50,379 nt of DNA. It comes from Paraglomus brasilianum. Its lineage: Eukaryota. The position numbers were made by a program, and so were the translations under genes. How positions within the stretch are numbered: the stretch's first letter is position 1; each line of letters starts with the position of its first letter. Location of the stretch: positions 1 to 50,379 of the forward strand of contig CAJVPI010000135.1 of assembly GCA_910592345.1 (NCBI GenBank). The letters run 5' to 3'. This document shows, piece by piece, positions 25,690-43,142 of this stretch. The notes beneath the pieces are model-generated. The model saw nothing but the letters and a program-made list of their open reading frames with translations, did not search any database and was not told the origin of the DNA.

Positions 25690-26560
25690 TCTAATTGTTC
25701 GCGTACTACTTCATCTTGAATACCAAATAATGCACTTTTCGCGGACTGAGATAATAAATTTTTACTTACCTGCTGATCGGAATGGGGTACATGAACATTT
25801 TGTGCCCAATCGTAACTGTAATGAGCAGTAGCGTTAACGCTACAATAATCTTGTTATATAATGCTCATCTACCAATTTCCTCTGTTGTTCTGCTAATTTC
25901 GTATTTTGTTGTAATAGTTTCTCTAATTAGCCTTAACCAAATGTTCTCAGTAGGTCTTTCGCTTCTTCTTCCTTGCAAGCAAGCATTCCGAACGTGTCAC
26001 ACAAATCCGTTCTTGGACTCATTGGTGCCATAAATGCGAAATGCATCATATTTAATAAAATCACGGTCGTTTCGGCTGGCAATAGTGTAAGCGATTGGGT
26101 AATGCGATTGACGTTTCTACCAGGACTTGGTGAAGTTCAGCATAGTTTTCGAGAAAATTCTTCACAGCGGTAGCAACGGTTATATCAATAGTATTTTAGT
26201 TTTCCATCGCGGCATTTTTTTTACATTACCATGAATGCGCGGTATTATACCATTCGTCGCCAAGTGATTTCTGACATTTTCGAAGTGAGTGCGACCAATT
26301 CCCAACATATTGAGATATGCTTTCTGACACAGAAGCGTATTGCGGTCTCAATAATAAAAAGATCTTTTATTAGTACGCGTTTTCTTTTTAAGGCGTCGAC
26401 TGGCAGTTATTTCTCCACCATTCATGCTGGACCATTAAAAATATATCTTGCTCGGTTCTAGAGAGAGCTTGAAACGCCTCACGTAATTCGGCAAACCCTT
26501 CTCTCGGAATCTTTTCAACCTATCTCTAGGAAACGCATGGCTTTTTCATATTCAGTCGAG
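25690..26560 (-). mobile_element. Degenerate Sola-like DNA transposase remnant (not captured by the ORF track)
   Basis: Minus-strand fragments LCQKAYLNMLGIGRTHFENVRNHLATNGIIPRIHGN, AVKNFLENYAE, SPRTDLCDT and HYSYDWAQNVHVPHSDQQ..YYLSPRKV..LFGIQDE resemble the HYS(F/Y)D(Y/W)AQ.VH.P...IY..PRK..FG motif that I associate with Sola-type transposases. Multiple frameshifts. Confidence 0.65.
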
Positions 26561-27619
26561 CCATTATAATTATAATTTCCATATATGTATATTTTTTATC
26601 ACGTAGTGGCCTCCCCCATCGACTGGCCATATAAAATGTGGCGTGCTCAAAGTTTCTGCTGGTAGGTTCATCAGCAGGTATTGTATTTGCCAAAAAACAG
26701 AGGAATGCTTCTACTTTCTGCCTTTCAACATCTCTATGTAATTAACAAGTTAGTGTCCTTGATCCGTGTCTCTCAGGGTAGATTGAGACATGTCAATGAG
26801 TCAATCTGATGAATAGAATGTAGATGCATCATTCATCGTTGGCCCGACAATTCGTTACAGTAAACTAAATTAAAAGATCAGTAAAGCATGATGCATATGA
26901 TGATGAAAATCTACCTTCAAGCGTAGATATCTGGAGTAATCGTTGACATAGAACACCCAGCCTCTTTAACACCGATTTATCTCTCCCCAATGGGCGAGCA
27001 CACACTTATAAGTATGTTGTTTGTACTGATTGTGCTGTATTTGTATAACGCTAATGAATTTCAGGGATCTTTGAATGTGAATACTAGTATGTCAAATATC
27101 CAAAGCAATGATGCAAGACTCGATTCGGTCAATACTTTTCAGATCACATCACAACATGCCAAAGGTACTCATTAGATCACATATATTTAACAATTGTTTA
27201 AGGTGAACAGCTTCGCAAATAGCACCATTTGACATGAACCATGCATTTATGGTTTCCATTAGGGTTTTTTATTCTTGTCAAACGAGAATAGCCGTTTAGC
27301 TTGATGACTCAAAGAAGTGCAAAAATGGCGCAAAAATAGACATTTAATATACCTGGTTATTGGAGTCCAGCGTCTTACGGTTCCTTCGGGGAGTAAAAAA
27401 CGTGGGCTTTATAAAACTTGCTTTATGATGTTTTGGTTTCAGCGTCTCTGAATTTATGCTGTGAAATATTCTATGGTAGGGTTCCTCTTCGCAACAGGAT
27501 CAGGTAAGGCAATGGCTATATTGTCCTGATGATTTGTAGGGGAGAGGGGAAATAAATATTTCGCACAAATATATCTGGATGACGCATAGTAAAAACCTAA
27601 AAGGCTTACCTTAAAAAAA

Positions 27620-29800
27620 AAAATACAAAACTTCTAAAGCCCGTCGTAAAGTTGTAATTTGCGGCAACTGCTTCCCAGACCGAAATCGAGACCGCAGTCA
27701 AAAATATCGATACCGATTAACTGAGTTTTCGAGGTCTTTATTTATACCGATTAACTGAGCATTCAACCCTAATATATAATGAAATGTTAAACATCGTTGC
27801 TGCCAAGCAGTATATAAAACCTCACCAGCAACTTGTAAGTCAAACACCGTCGTTTCTGCATTCGCTGGAATATCCTCCATCAGATAATGATCAAGTACGC
27901 ACTTGTTGGTTCTCAGTAACTTGGAACGATCACGGACGACACATTCAGTATGGCTAGACGCACTTTTTGTCTCGGTCTCACCCCTATGCAAAGATCAGAC
28001 AAATGATAAATATGCTAATGAGTGACAGTAACAGTGATATTGATACATACCATCGAACTTCGACAAAATCTTTTATATGGGAAAAATGATGTCTCGATTA
28101 TCGGGCTGTTATCTTCAAAACAAATTCCATCTCTTTCTCGATACTAGTAAATGGAAATTTGTCTCAGTTTTTTAGCAATCACAGCATGACCAAGCCATGA
28201 GAAAGAGCAACGAAATCATACACAGTGAAATAAATTTTTATTATCTGTTTATATAGGACCGTGCAAGATCGATCCTTCATTTGATCCAGAAGGAAGTCTC
28301 GTGTGTCCCAATATTCGTAAGCCCGACAAAACTGAAAATATGGAAGAGTCAATTGATATAAAATTAAGGAACGACAATCGTTTGAACATACCGTAGGAAG
28401 TATTAGAATTTGAGGAAAAATTCAGTATGAAAACAGTGTGAGGATTAACAATGGAAAAACTAACCTTACTCTTGATTTTATCCACAAAAATTCGAGCCTT
28501 ACTGTATCAATCCGATCAATCACTTCCTTTATAACACCTTCAAAAGGTTTTGATACTACATTGACACGTTCATACACTTTGTCTTTCAAGGCAGTCCACT
28601 CATCGCCGAACCATGTGTGCATCCCATTGGAAAATTCCACAATACACGATAGCCCAAGGCTATCATTGAAGCTATCAGTAATTCTCGCCATAACGGAAAT
28701 ATCGCACCAGACCGGATGCTACTGTTCACAAATGCATCGGGATTTTTTGCAACCGTTTTTGAATTTTCTAACGCTTTCATGGCGCTGCTTGCCATTCTTT
28801 AGCTCCATTTTGAATCATTGCAGGATACAGCTTCATCAAATATCGTATATTGAACAGCGTCTGCACATATAACTTCTTCGTCGCTTTCTACTTTCCCCTT
28901 CATCTTCTTCGTGGTTACTTTTATCGTCATCACTATCTGAGTCAATGCCTAACATAAAATGAGCTAATCAGTTTATTGATCGGACCTTTCGTTTTCGGTA
29001 CACAGTCTAACTCATCTTCAAGATTTCGCTTCATAGATGGAGGCGAGACCCGACCTTTTCTAAGCCACTGTATATAGAGTTATTATGGAAACTTGGAGAC
29101 CAATTCGATTTGGTTAACTACAGGCACATTGCGTACAACGCAGCTCTCATCCGAAAATTTTCAATAGCGAGCACTGATCCAGTGTTAAACACCGCACTTT
29201 CAAGGTTGCATTGATTTTTTGAATAACGTTTAGAATGAAATCTCAAGGGTCCTGGAGAAGTTGCACATGATTAACAAGTCTATTCTGCTTCTGTTTGCAG
29301 CATCCGCTAAAGCGTTCATTTGCGTTTCCCATAATTTGGTATTTGCCGGATCTTTGTTGCAGTCCTCATTTTGATAAAATGTTAATGTGAATATATGCTG
29401 ATCGCGCAAACCATCGTACAGTTGCACTTCCCCCACTTCGTGGTTTGTCATGTGCGACAAAGTCACCCACCGTACGGTTGCATGCCCCCACTTCCGGCAA
29501 ACAGTGGCTTGCCATGTGCGATACGATAAAGTCGCTCGACAGTCGCCGCAGGATGTCTTGACAATCATATGGTAGAAGGTTTCAAGATAGGAATTACATA
29601 CTTTGAGGCAACTTTTCATAGTAAGCGTTTGCCGATAAGCGACGCTGGATTTTGGTAGTTCGCACTCAAGAAGTTTCAGTTCAGCCGCAAGCGTAGCATG
29701 AGCGGTATGTCTGTTTATTCATGATAAATATATCCCAGTCTGAGACTCGATTCCAGTATGCTTGAGAAAGGAAGCGCTTTTAGTACTATCGATGAAGCTA
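27620..29800 (-). pseudogene. Decayed member of a Mucoromycota hypothetical family with a putative C-terminal restriction-endonuclease-like domain
   Basis: Colinear protein-like fragments with stops and frameshifts: TLAAELKLLECELPKSS, KLWETQMNAL, an acidic linker, DSLGLSCIVEFS..WFGDEWTALKDKV, RGETETKSAS..RDRSKLLRTNKCVLDHYL..FDLQVAG. Family assignment is from motif memory only. Confidence 0.45.
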
Positions 29801-30632
29801 AATCGAATCTCACAAAAGTGGGTTTACCTGGGTACTGAAGAGCTGCAATTAGCTGTGATGACAGACAACCAGACATTCTCGCTAATCAATGCGCGTTTGT
29901 TTAATGGTCATCGCAGTGTATGATGAACGGATATTTTTATTATAAAACAGCACTGATAACTTCAATAAATATCGTTGAAAAATAATACATCGTTTAAAGT
30001 AATAAAACAAATCTGTCAATTTCCACCGATATAACACTACGAAAAATGCTTCTTTTAGCTCACATGATCAAATGTTCGCTTTGTCTGCATTTATGGTAGA
30101 ATGGACAAAATTCCACAGAGTATTTCTATTAATTTAGTAGAATAGCTATAGTTAGCAAGCATGTTTTATGTTAATTTAGCATACATAGTAAACACACAAG
30201 CCATTAAGGTGAAGCATTCTGTGCATGTACATTGTGAAAGTTCTTTGATTGATAACATTGGGATTGTTTATTATTTGGCTCCTGAGGAAACTGAGTATAC
30301 TAACAAGATTGAATGCTTTTCAAATGTACCTCAGAGCAAATCCCATTACTTACTACAAAAACGATTGACTTATTAATCATGCATGTAATACTAATGTTAT
30401 ATTCTACTACCATATATCATAAGTCCTCTTCATTTCTACATACATTGTATGTGTACTTCTTAAGAAATTATTATTACAAATTCAACAAAATTGATGGGAA
30501 TTTAAAAACCTTTTGCCATTAATTGCATGATTCAGTACTCAACAATCTCTGATATACAAAATTGACAAATGTTCTCCCATCTGTGAACATCATAATCATA
30601 TTTCTTCTTTTATTTCAGTCACCCTCTTTACA

Positions 30633-32077
30633 CTATAAATGAAACTCAACAAGCTTAATTTTGTAAGCATCTGTTGGATGTTGTACTGCAATACCAGCAC
30701 GAATAAGTAATTCAATATATGGTCGCCAGATGTGTTGACTATTGATTTGGACATATGGGTCGGGGTTTGAGAATGATTTGTTCATAAGATCCTTGTTTTT
30801 AATAGAGGAAAGTGTTAGATCACTTAGATGTTTGGAAGACAGAAATAAGAAATTATACAAAGAAATTAGTTACCTCCAGCAATTCTTTTAGTGATACAGT
30901 AACAGCTTGATTATCACTTCTACGTTTCTAAAAAACAAAAAAAAAATCAACATAACTTTGATATTCACTTGTCTTCTCAGCAATTGTAATAACATTTATC
31001 ACTTATCTCACCCTAATAGTAGGAGGAAAATGCTTATCCACAAACGCAATTAATTCTTTCATCAAGATATCCATATTGTCTTTTGCTATTTTTGTCTGAC
31101 TTCGAAGTTTTCTGGTTAGGAAACAATCCAGTTAAATAGATAAAAACTTCAGCACATAGCAAGACCAAAGTCATACAATGCCAACATACCTCAATTCCGT
31201 ATCCTCTGCTCCAAGAGGATTTTCAAACTGTCCTTTTAGATTGTCAAGTTTTTCCCCCAACACTATACTTATTGATTCACTCTCTGCCAGGGTTTCCTGC
31301 TCTCTAATCAACACATTATTGTGAATAGACACACCAATATTAATATCTGGGTTTATTTATTCTCACTGATAATAAATTCACCTTTTCAGCTGTTCCTTTG
31401 CTTCCTGTACTTGTTCACGCAATCGTGGTAAGGCTTGTTTATATTGCTGGACATTGTCATAGAGTTGCTTTTTGGCCATTACTTCATTTATTACTTGAGA
31501 ATATGTATTTACTTCCTTTGCATCTAGAAGAAAAACACATCCTAGTTAAAATCGGCTGCTCTCCCCATTACTACTCAAATTTGGTATGCCCATTGCACTT
31601 ATCACCCACCAATATCTGAATAACTAACCTTTCTTAGCAATCTCCAATTCAATTCTCAACCTTCGTTCTTCAGCTCTTAGAATTGCCAATCTCTAAATCA
31701 TAGTAAATAGATTACAATCAATCATTAGGAATTCGAAATCAGTCAATAGCCAAATACAAAAACCAGTTCTACCAGCCAGCTTACCCTTTCCTTGGCCGTT
31801 TTATAAAATTCCATGTTTTGTTTGCATTGCGGTACGCGCTTATGCAGCTACGTATGCGATTAGAAACTGATTAGCATGAATTGTTACAATCTTATGGCGT
31901 TTCTTTTTTCATTTAGACTTTCCAGCCCAGCCTACTCACTTCACTCAACTTTTGCCATTCCTCAAAACACTTTTGTGACAATTGTTCAATACATTCGTCT
32001 AGAATAGCATCATCTAATCTTATCCGTAACGTCTTGAAAGAGGAGGAACTCGCAGATGGACAAGAAGATTCTGACAT
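30633..32077 (-). CDS. CENPK: Inner kinetochore protein CENP-K (Sim4-like), about 8 short exons
   Basis: C-terminal exon DLMNKSFSNPDPYVQINSQHIWRPYIELLIRAGIAVQHPTDAYKIKLVEFHL matches the CENP-K C-terminus (DPYV..W.PYIELL.R.GIA..HP.D...I.L..F). Upstream exons are coiled-coil and include FVDKHFP. Confidence 0.82.
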
Positions 32078-32576
32078 TTCCTGGGCTTGGGAGGAGGAAA
32101 TAAAGCGGATATTAGAAAGACACGCATATCGGACAAATGATCGATCGCATCACGTGACAAAATTTTTACATGGTTGCTGTGCCACGTTCTCCCTCAATAA
32201 GAACTAGCTTTGCGCGAGTGTTCGTAGTTTGGAAATCAGGTCTTAGCAGGAGGACCGGGATATAGGACGCGAAGTTGTTAGACTTGTTTCATTAATACAG
32301 TAATATACGTGTTAGTTCTGCTGCTGGAAGTTTTGAGTTGTCGGCCGGTTATGATACGCAAATAATCACAATCAATTGGGTCCGTAAGGAAAACTATCAA
32401 CCAATTCGTTTTCTTAACCAGATTTTCATCTTTCGATCGAGATTTTCTACTTTGTTTTCGATAGGGACGATGTTTAAACGAACCGGAGCCAAATGTGGCC
32501 ATAAGTGAACGGATCGGATGAACATAACGTTTTGATATCAATTACAGGCAAAAGATTCATGGGGATCACAATAATT

Positions 32577-32797
32577 GTGGCAGATTAAAACGAAATCGGA
32601 TTAAAACGGAATTGGGGCCTTTTTGGACCTTTTTTAATGCCTCTAAAACCCACATATACTCTTCTATTAACAAAAGTTACCCTAATCCCAACCCAAATCC
32701 CAAAAAAGCCTAGAAAATTGCACCCAAAAAAATTTTAATTTTTCATATTAAAATAGAGAAAATTTCGTTTTAATCCGATTTCGTTTTAATCTGTCAC
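32577..32797. mobile_element. MITE-like element, 221 bp, about 37-bp TIRs
   Basis: GTGGCAGATTAAAACGAAATCGGATTAAAACGGAATT ... AATTTCGTTTTAATCCGATTTCGTTTTAATCTGTCAC (2 mismatches). Direct repeat AATAATT lies on both flanks. No coding capacity. Confidence 0.8.
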
Positions 32798-33942
32798 AAT
32801 AATTATCGTTTAAAACGTTTTCCTTCTTTTAACGACTGCTCGTTATAAAGCAAAATATCTGTTAATATTAGTGAGGTTAATAATGGCACACTTTTTGTGT
32901 CATACATCATACATCATTATTAACCGGTTGCACAATTGTTCTAATACTATTTATTATTCTCAATTATGCCCGCGATATTAATCCGTCTAGACGAATATTC
33001 CCGATACCAGATTCCCTCAAGGAGACAAGACATATTATGCTAGTGGTAATGAAAGTTGCGCATTGCATTCTCACTCCGTTATATTTGTCTTGGCCCTTGA
33101 GTATATCTTTTCGACAGCCAACGCAGCGGAATCTAAGGAACCGCACTTCACCATAGACTAGAATACTTAATGAGTATCATGATTACTTTATAACGCGCGG
33201 TGAACTGCTTAAAAAATATGGGCATGCCATTATTATATGAGCCGCAATCTCGAACGTCTACGTTAAGCCACGCTAGTCTTGCATTATTACTCTCTTGCTA
33301 AGACGCGTTAGTTGTTATCTTAGTAATGTTGTCGGCTCCTAGCGACCACTTAGGTAGTAGTCGGGTAATTTCTTCGATGCAAGTGTATTGTTGGATTAAT
33401 CCGAAAGTAAGTGCAGAACGTAACGCTTCTCAATGATTGAGTATTACGCGTCGAATATTTGTTTCGATACTGAATGCGTAATAGACTATGTTCCACATTT
33501 AAGTGCATAGTTTACCTACACTCTACATCGACATAGAACCTTTACATTCGTGAAAAAGGTTACAATACGCTTGCAATATAAAAACATAACTCCTAAATAT
33601 AACATGGAGGGTCCAAGTTAATCCAAGTAGTGTATGTGCTGCACAGCACATCAAACATGTAATAATTCAAAGCAGATAGTTCCGTATTATTAGTAAAAAG
33701 TCTCTAAAATGCCTAATAAAAAAAAGAGCCAATTCAATTGAAACAAGCCACCATAGATGGTTTTGAATTAACAAAAAGATAAACTATTTCACACTCCTCA
33801 GCGTTTCGGTCTTTACCTTTAGCGGACTAAAAAATATATTGATTATGAAATACTAGTGATATAAACATCTTGTATAAAACTTCGATAACAATATAACGCG
33901 ATTTGAATGAGAATGTTGAAAGTGATCGCAATTTTTCAAACC

Positions 33943-36203
33943 ACGTCGTTAACTCCGGAGGCTGTTAATATCCAGCACTTGAAAACTTGATTCAATCCTC
34001 TTTAGAAATAGAAAGTACATCGTAATCGTATAAACTTGTATGGATTCCTTGCTGGCAAATTATCTTCATAAAGTCAAGTCAAATTGACAACGTCTATTTG
34101 GCTAATCACAAGAAAACAAGGTTTATTACGCGATGTTACTATTACTTGGAAGTGGCAAAGAATGTACACCAACCAGCATTTGTGAGTGAGTTTGCCAGAA
34201 TATACTCACTTCCGACACATAAATACAATAATGATGACAATAACTTTAGAAGATACAGAAGATGGCTTTACGATCGCATCGAGCTCATAAAGGTTTAGTT
34301 TACTAAACATGACGATAATTATTACATGGTTGCTGATAAGAAGTTTTACCATTGTTATTCTCTCTATGGATGCTCCGCGCGTGGAATACTCCGATGTAGT
34401 CCAGTGTGGTGTGTATGTAGACATAAAAAATTATCAATGGATGGGACTAGCAACAATAAGCTACTTGATGAGTTTATAAGAAATCTCAATTACAAACGAA
34501 AGAAAAAAAATAAATTTTTTATATCCAACAATACACGATAACTTGCGATAGAACGCAGTCATCAAATAGATTTGTCGGGAAAAAAAAAGTAATAAATTAT
34601 ACGTAGCCAGTTTATGATTTGAAAAATAATGCGATAACGGTTAGCCATGCCTATTACCATAATTATGTTAGATAAACAAATAAAATTATTGTGATTTGCT
34701 CTCCTTTTTAAAAAATGTAGACTATGCTGATTTATATTTGCCAAATAATACGAGTTTTTCTATCAGTGTTTGGTTTATCTTATAAAGAGGAGGTTAAACT
34801 CGAGATAACGGATGAGACGGATTATTATGACAAGGTAACTATCAAGTACGCACCATGTTTATTGAATTATTTGGATAATTATTAACAATTTAACATCATT
34901 TCACTAGTAGTTATTATGTGATGTACAGATGTTGGGTTACCATCGGATTTTCATACAGATTGCACGTAATAGATGTATCATCTAATAAAAAAATGAATGA
35001 GCATATAATACAGTATGTCTGAAGTGTGCGCATCCATTGAAACCTAGTATATTTGTATTATGCGATTACTGTAAAGCGCCAAGACCTCGTAATTGGAATA
35101 CGGGCAACAAATTTCTGGATTTATTTATAATGAAATCAAGGAGTAATATGGAATAAGTATGGTGCATATTTGAATACTCTCTATTGATGAAATAAAAGTA
35201 ACACTCAAGCAAATAGGTGATATCCAGGAGCTTGATTTTCATCAGATAAATTATTTCGCACATAAAAATAATGTTAAATATACATTGCATTGATTATTGC
35301 AATGATTGTATTGTTTACTCAAATAGCTAACTCGGGAATATCAATGTTTGGATAATTGGAATCACTCAAGAGCCATCTACTTTCTGTGCTTAATAAAGGA
35401 TCAAGAGCCATCTATTCGGACATACTATGATGTACTGTGCATGCAATACTGGACCGGTTTATACAACTTAACAAGCATATACAGTGTATGCAGTATGCCA
35501 ACATTTATGATTGGAGTTGGTGGTTATGGAACAGTCTATACTGCCAAATATAAAAATTAGTCATCAAAAAAGTATATTCCAGAAACTGTTGTACTAGAAT
35601 GCTTTAAGAGTTATGATCAGATGCCGGAACTGTTTATTTCTGAGGTAAGCATTCTATAACAGTATGTTAATTCAAATGATATTTAATCTGACTCTGCATT
35701 TATAATTCAGAAATCATGCCAAGTGCATTATGCTTTTTATGGATTCACACAACAATTAAATATAAAAGCACATGATTATTATGCAACATGCTAACAATGG
35801 CATTTAAGATTGATGTCAACTATTCGGGGAGTTTTTACCATTGCATCGCATATATTCCATTATTGTTACGTATTCGATAGAGATTTAGCATGTGATATCA
35901 TGGGCGGACTACGACCATCGATGCCTGATTCAGCACCAGAAGAATATAAAAAATTGCTGAGTGGTGTCGTGATGTAGATGCTGATCTTGATAAGCATTTG
36001 GATGCACGGAAACTTATGACCGTATCTCGAGGGTGCAAATTAATAATTACAACAACAAATGGAATATTATCTATCACAATGATGTAAAACCCTTATCATG
36101 TCTCGAAAAGACTCTAGTAAACTCTTACCTACTACTACTGGAGATTTGCTCAAACCGAGAAACAGTTATGATTTTGATTCAGTTGCAGGTATGACGACAA
36201 CAA
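33943..36203 (+). pseudogene. Unprocessed pseudogene paralogous to the TKL kinase at 7421-10110
   Basis: Colinear nucleotide similarity, e.g. GTGAGTGAGTTTGCCAGAATATACTCACTTCC at both 7619 and 34182. Start ATG is now ACG. Introns retained at the same positions. Stops, frameshifts and loss of the catalytic loop. Confidence 0.9.
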
Positions 36204-36543
36204 TTGGTTATATAGTTGACAATACTTGTGATTTACAGTTTACTATTTACTTGGTTTTCGAAACTGTTACATATACGGATCCCGAGTTTATTTCAAGGGT
36301 TTGCTCCTCTTCCAATCAAATATACGATATGCTTTACCTGTTAGCCGCCTTTGGAGAGTAATATTACTTCAGTACTAAACAGCACAGCAAAACTATTGAT
36401 CCACGATCGACTAGAAAGGCTATTTTTACACGGCATGATTTCCGGATGTACAAATTTATGTCGGGTCACATCTTTGTGGCACCCTCTCACTTTTGTCAAG
36501 AAATTCGTCTTTCGAGTTGCTGGAATAGATTACAACTGTAAAA

Positions 36544-37715
36544 ATGCCAGTATGTATTGCCTAATGGTTATGCGTTAGATAGGATCTTCAGTCTCTACAC
36601 GCATTTTGTTCTGTTTCCTATCGATATTACAGTGTTTTAACAATTATTACTGCTACTTTATGCAAACAGGCATATCACTCGCAGTTCAACAGTGAAACTA
36701 GCTACCGCACAGTCGGTAATATGGTCTTGTTACCTATAAGGACGAGAGTGAGAGGACCAGCGCCTCAGGGTAGGTGTTTAAGGCTAGAGGTAAAAGAGTG
36801 AATTTGGAACAAATCTGAAAGCGATGGAGATGAAATTTTAGACAAGTAAAATATTACTTTATGTTCAAATGGCGACAATTTGGTATTTTTTTGGGAGATG
36901 GGTTTTAGAGTGGGCTATTACCATCTGTTTGAACTATTGTTATCTGGAGTTTTGGTTTTATTCTCGTCTATTTGATCTCTTCTGATGTCACATCAGACTT
37001 TATATCGTTCTGGATTTTTTTTTTGTTCACATCCTTCTCCTGCACATTAGACCGGCTCTTTGCCAATTCTGCTACTCTTCTCTTTCCTTTTTCTCTTCCA
37101 TCCCCCTCATTCCCCAATCACTTGTAATACAGCTCCACAAACTCAAGATGATATAATCGACGAAGCTCTCGATCTTTTTCGAGCCAACTGCCTATTTCGT
37201 AATTTTGAAATTAAAGGCAATGCGGATCGCGTGTTGATTTATTTAATACTCTTTATCTCGGATTGTCTGAACAGATTGACAAAGAATACAAATCAAAAAG
37301 ACGCCGTGAAGGTGTTGAATACGAGAGCGTTGGATAATTTTGCGTTACCGGGTGAACCGCAATTTCCTTTGAATGCATTGTATGCTGCGCCGGCAACTAG
37401 GGGAGATGCTGGTAAGAAGAGGTTGGAGAAAGAGTGGGTAGATGACGAGGATTAATTGGAAAGTGGAGTTAGTGGATGTACGAGGCGAATGGGGGGGGAG
37501 AATGTTTAGCGATCAGTGAATTGATGCAGCTGACATTACATCATCGGTTAATCGCTTACCGTCTCTCAATTTAACCAGATCTTCTCCGTCAGTATTTGTC
37601 CCAACTGCGTCAAGAAATGGCTAATCGGCTTGTTGAGCGAGTTTTTGTTGATGGGCAGCCTAGCAAGTGGTGGATGTGCTTTCAAAAAAGGAAGTTTATG
37701 AACAAGTCACTTTGA
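36544..37715 (+). CDS. ARC18: Arp2/3 complex 21-kDa subunit ARPC3; exons 36544-36549, 36670-36769, 37133-37411, 37579-37715
   Basis: [52 protein letters not shown] and [18 protein letters not shown]. Confidence 0.95.
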
Positions 37716-38532
37716 TAACGCTAGCTTATAAAGGGGCAAATGTTTGAAAAGGTTATTTATTTTTGGGGTGTGTGTAATTTCATAAAATCCTGTTTAGACA
37801 TGACCATTATCAATAATAAACTGTTATAGTTTAATTGAAGTTACACACACGTTAGGCATTGATGACGTAATCAATGTCTACCTATTACATATCATTATTA
37901 TCATTTTTATGGTTTTATTGACGTAGATCATCAAAATTGGTAGTGCAATAAAAACCGAAATAGAGAATAACAGGACAAATAACCGAACGAATAACCGAAA
38001 GACATTAATGATGGGAATGTTGGCTATTAATAACTTATCGATACTATCCCGCTCCATAATCCCTTGTTTTTTGCTGAAATACATTTCCCCATTAAGCAGA
38101 TCATTTACTGCAAAAACCTTAGCCATTATAAAGCGTAATGTCATACAGAAATTTTCAAACATTTTATTAATTCATTTTTTAGCCCATGCCATTTTTATGA
38201 TTGGACACTACTTGCCGCAGTTAAACAGTCTCAAAGTGCACAAGGCAATCCGTCTCATATTTAGTGTTTTTTCGTCTCGTTTTATAAACCCTTTCTATTA
38301 AGTCAATACACAACACGGAATAAGCGAATATTACATAGAAAAGATATATATAATCTACAAAAATTCATACGAGAAATGTCAAATCAACAAACGTAAGCAA
38401 ACGGGAAAATGGAGCGTGAAAAAGGAAGCGAGTTGGACTTGTATAAGAGTTGTGAAATAACGCATAATCAAAGAAGCTGTTATTGATGCTGGATGTCTTA
38501 CCCTTTACTGACTCACTTTTATTTGACACTTT

Positions 38533-43142
<4,610 letters not shown>

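Noticed and set aside
13189..32077. Two kinetochore genes (DUO1, CENP-K) plus a CENP-B-like sequence as a kinetochore cluster
   Set aside because: They are separated by unrelated genes, and the CENP-B-like sequence is a broken transposase. Chance co-location is sufficient.
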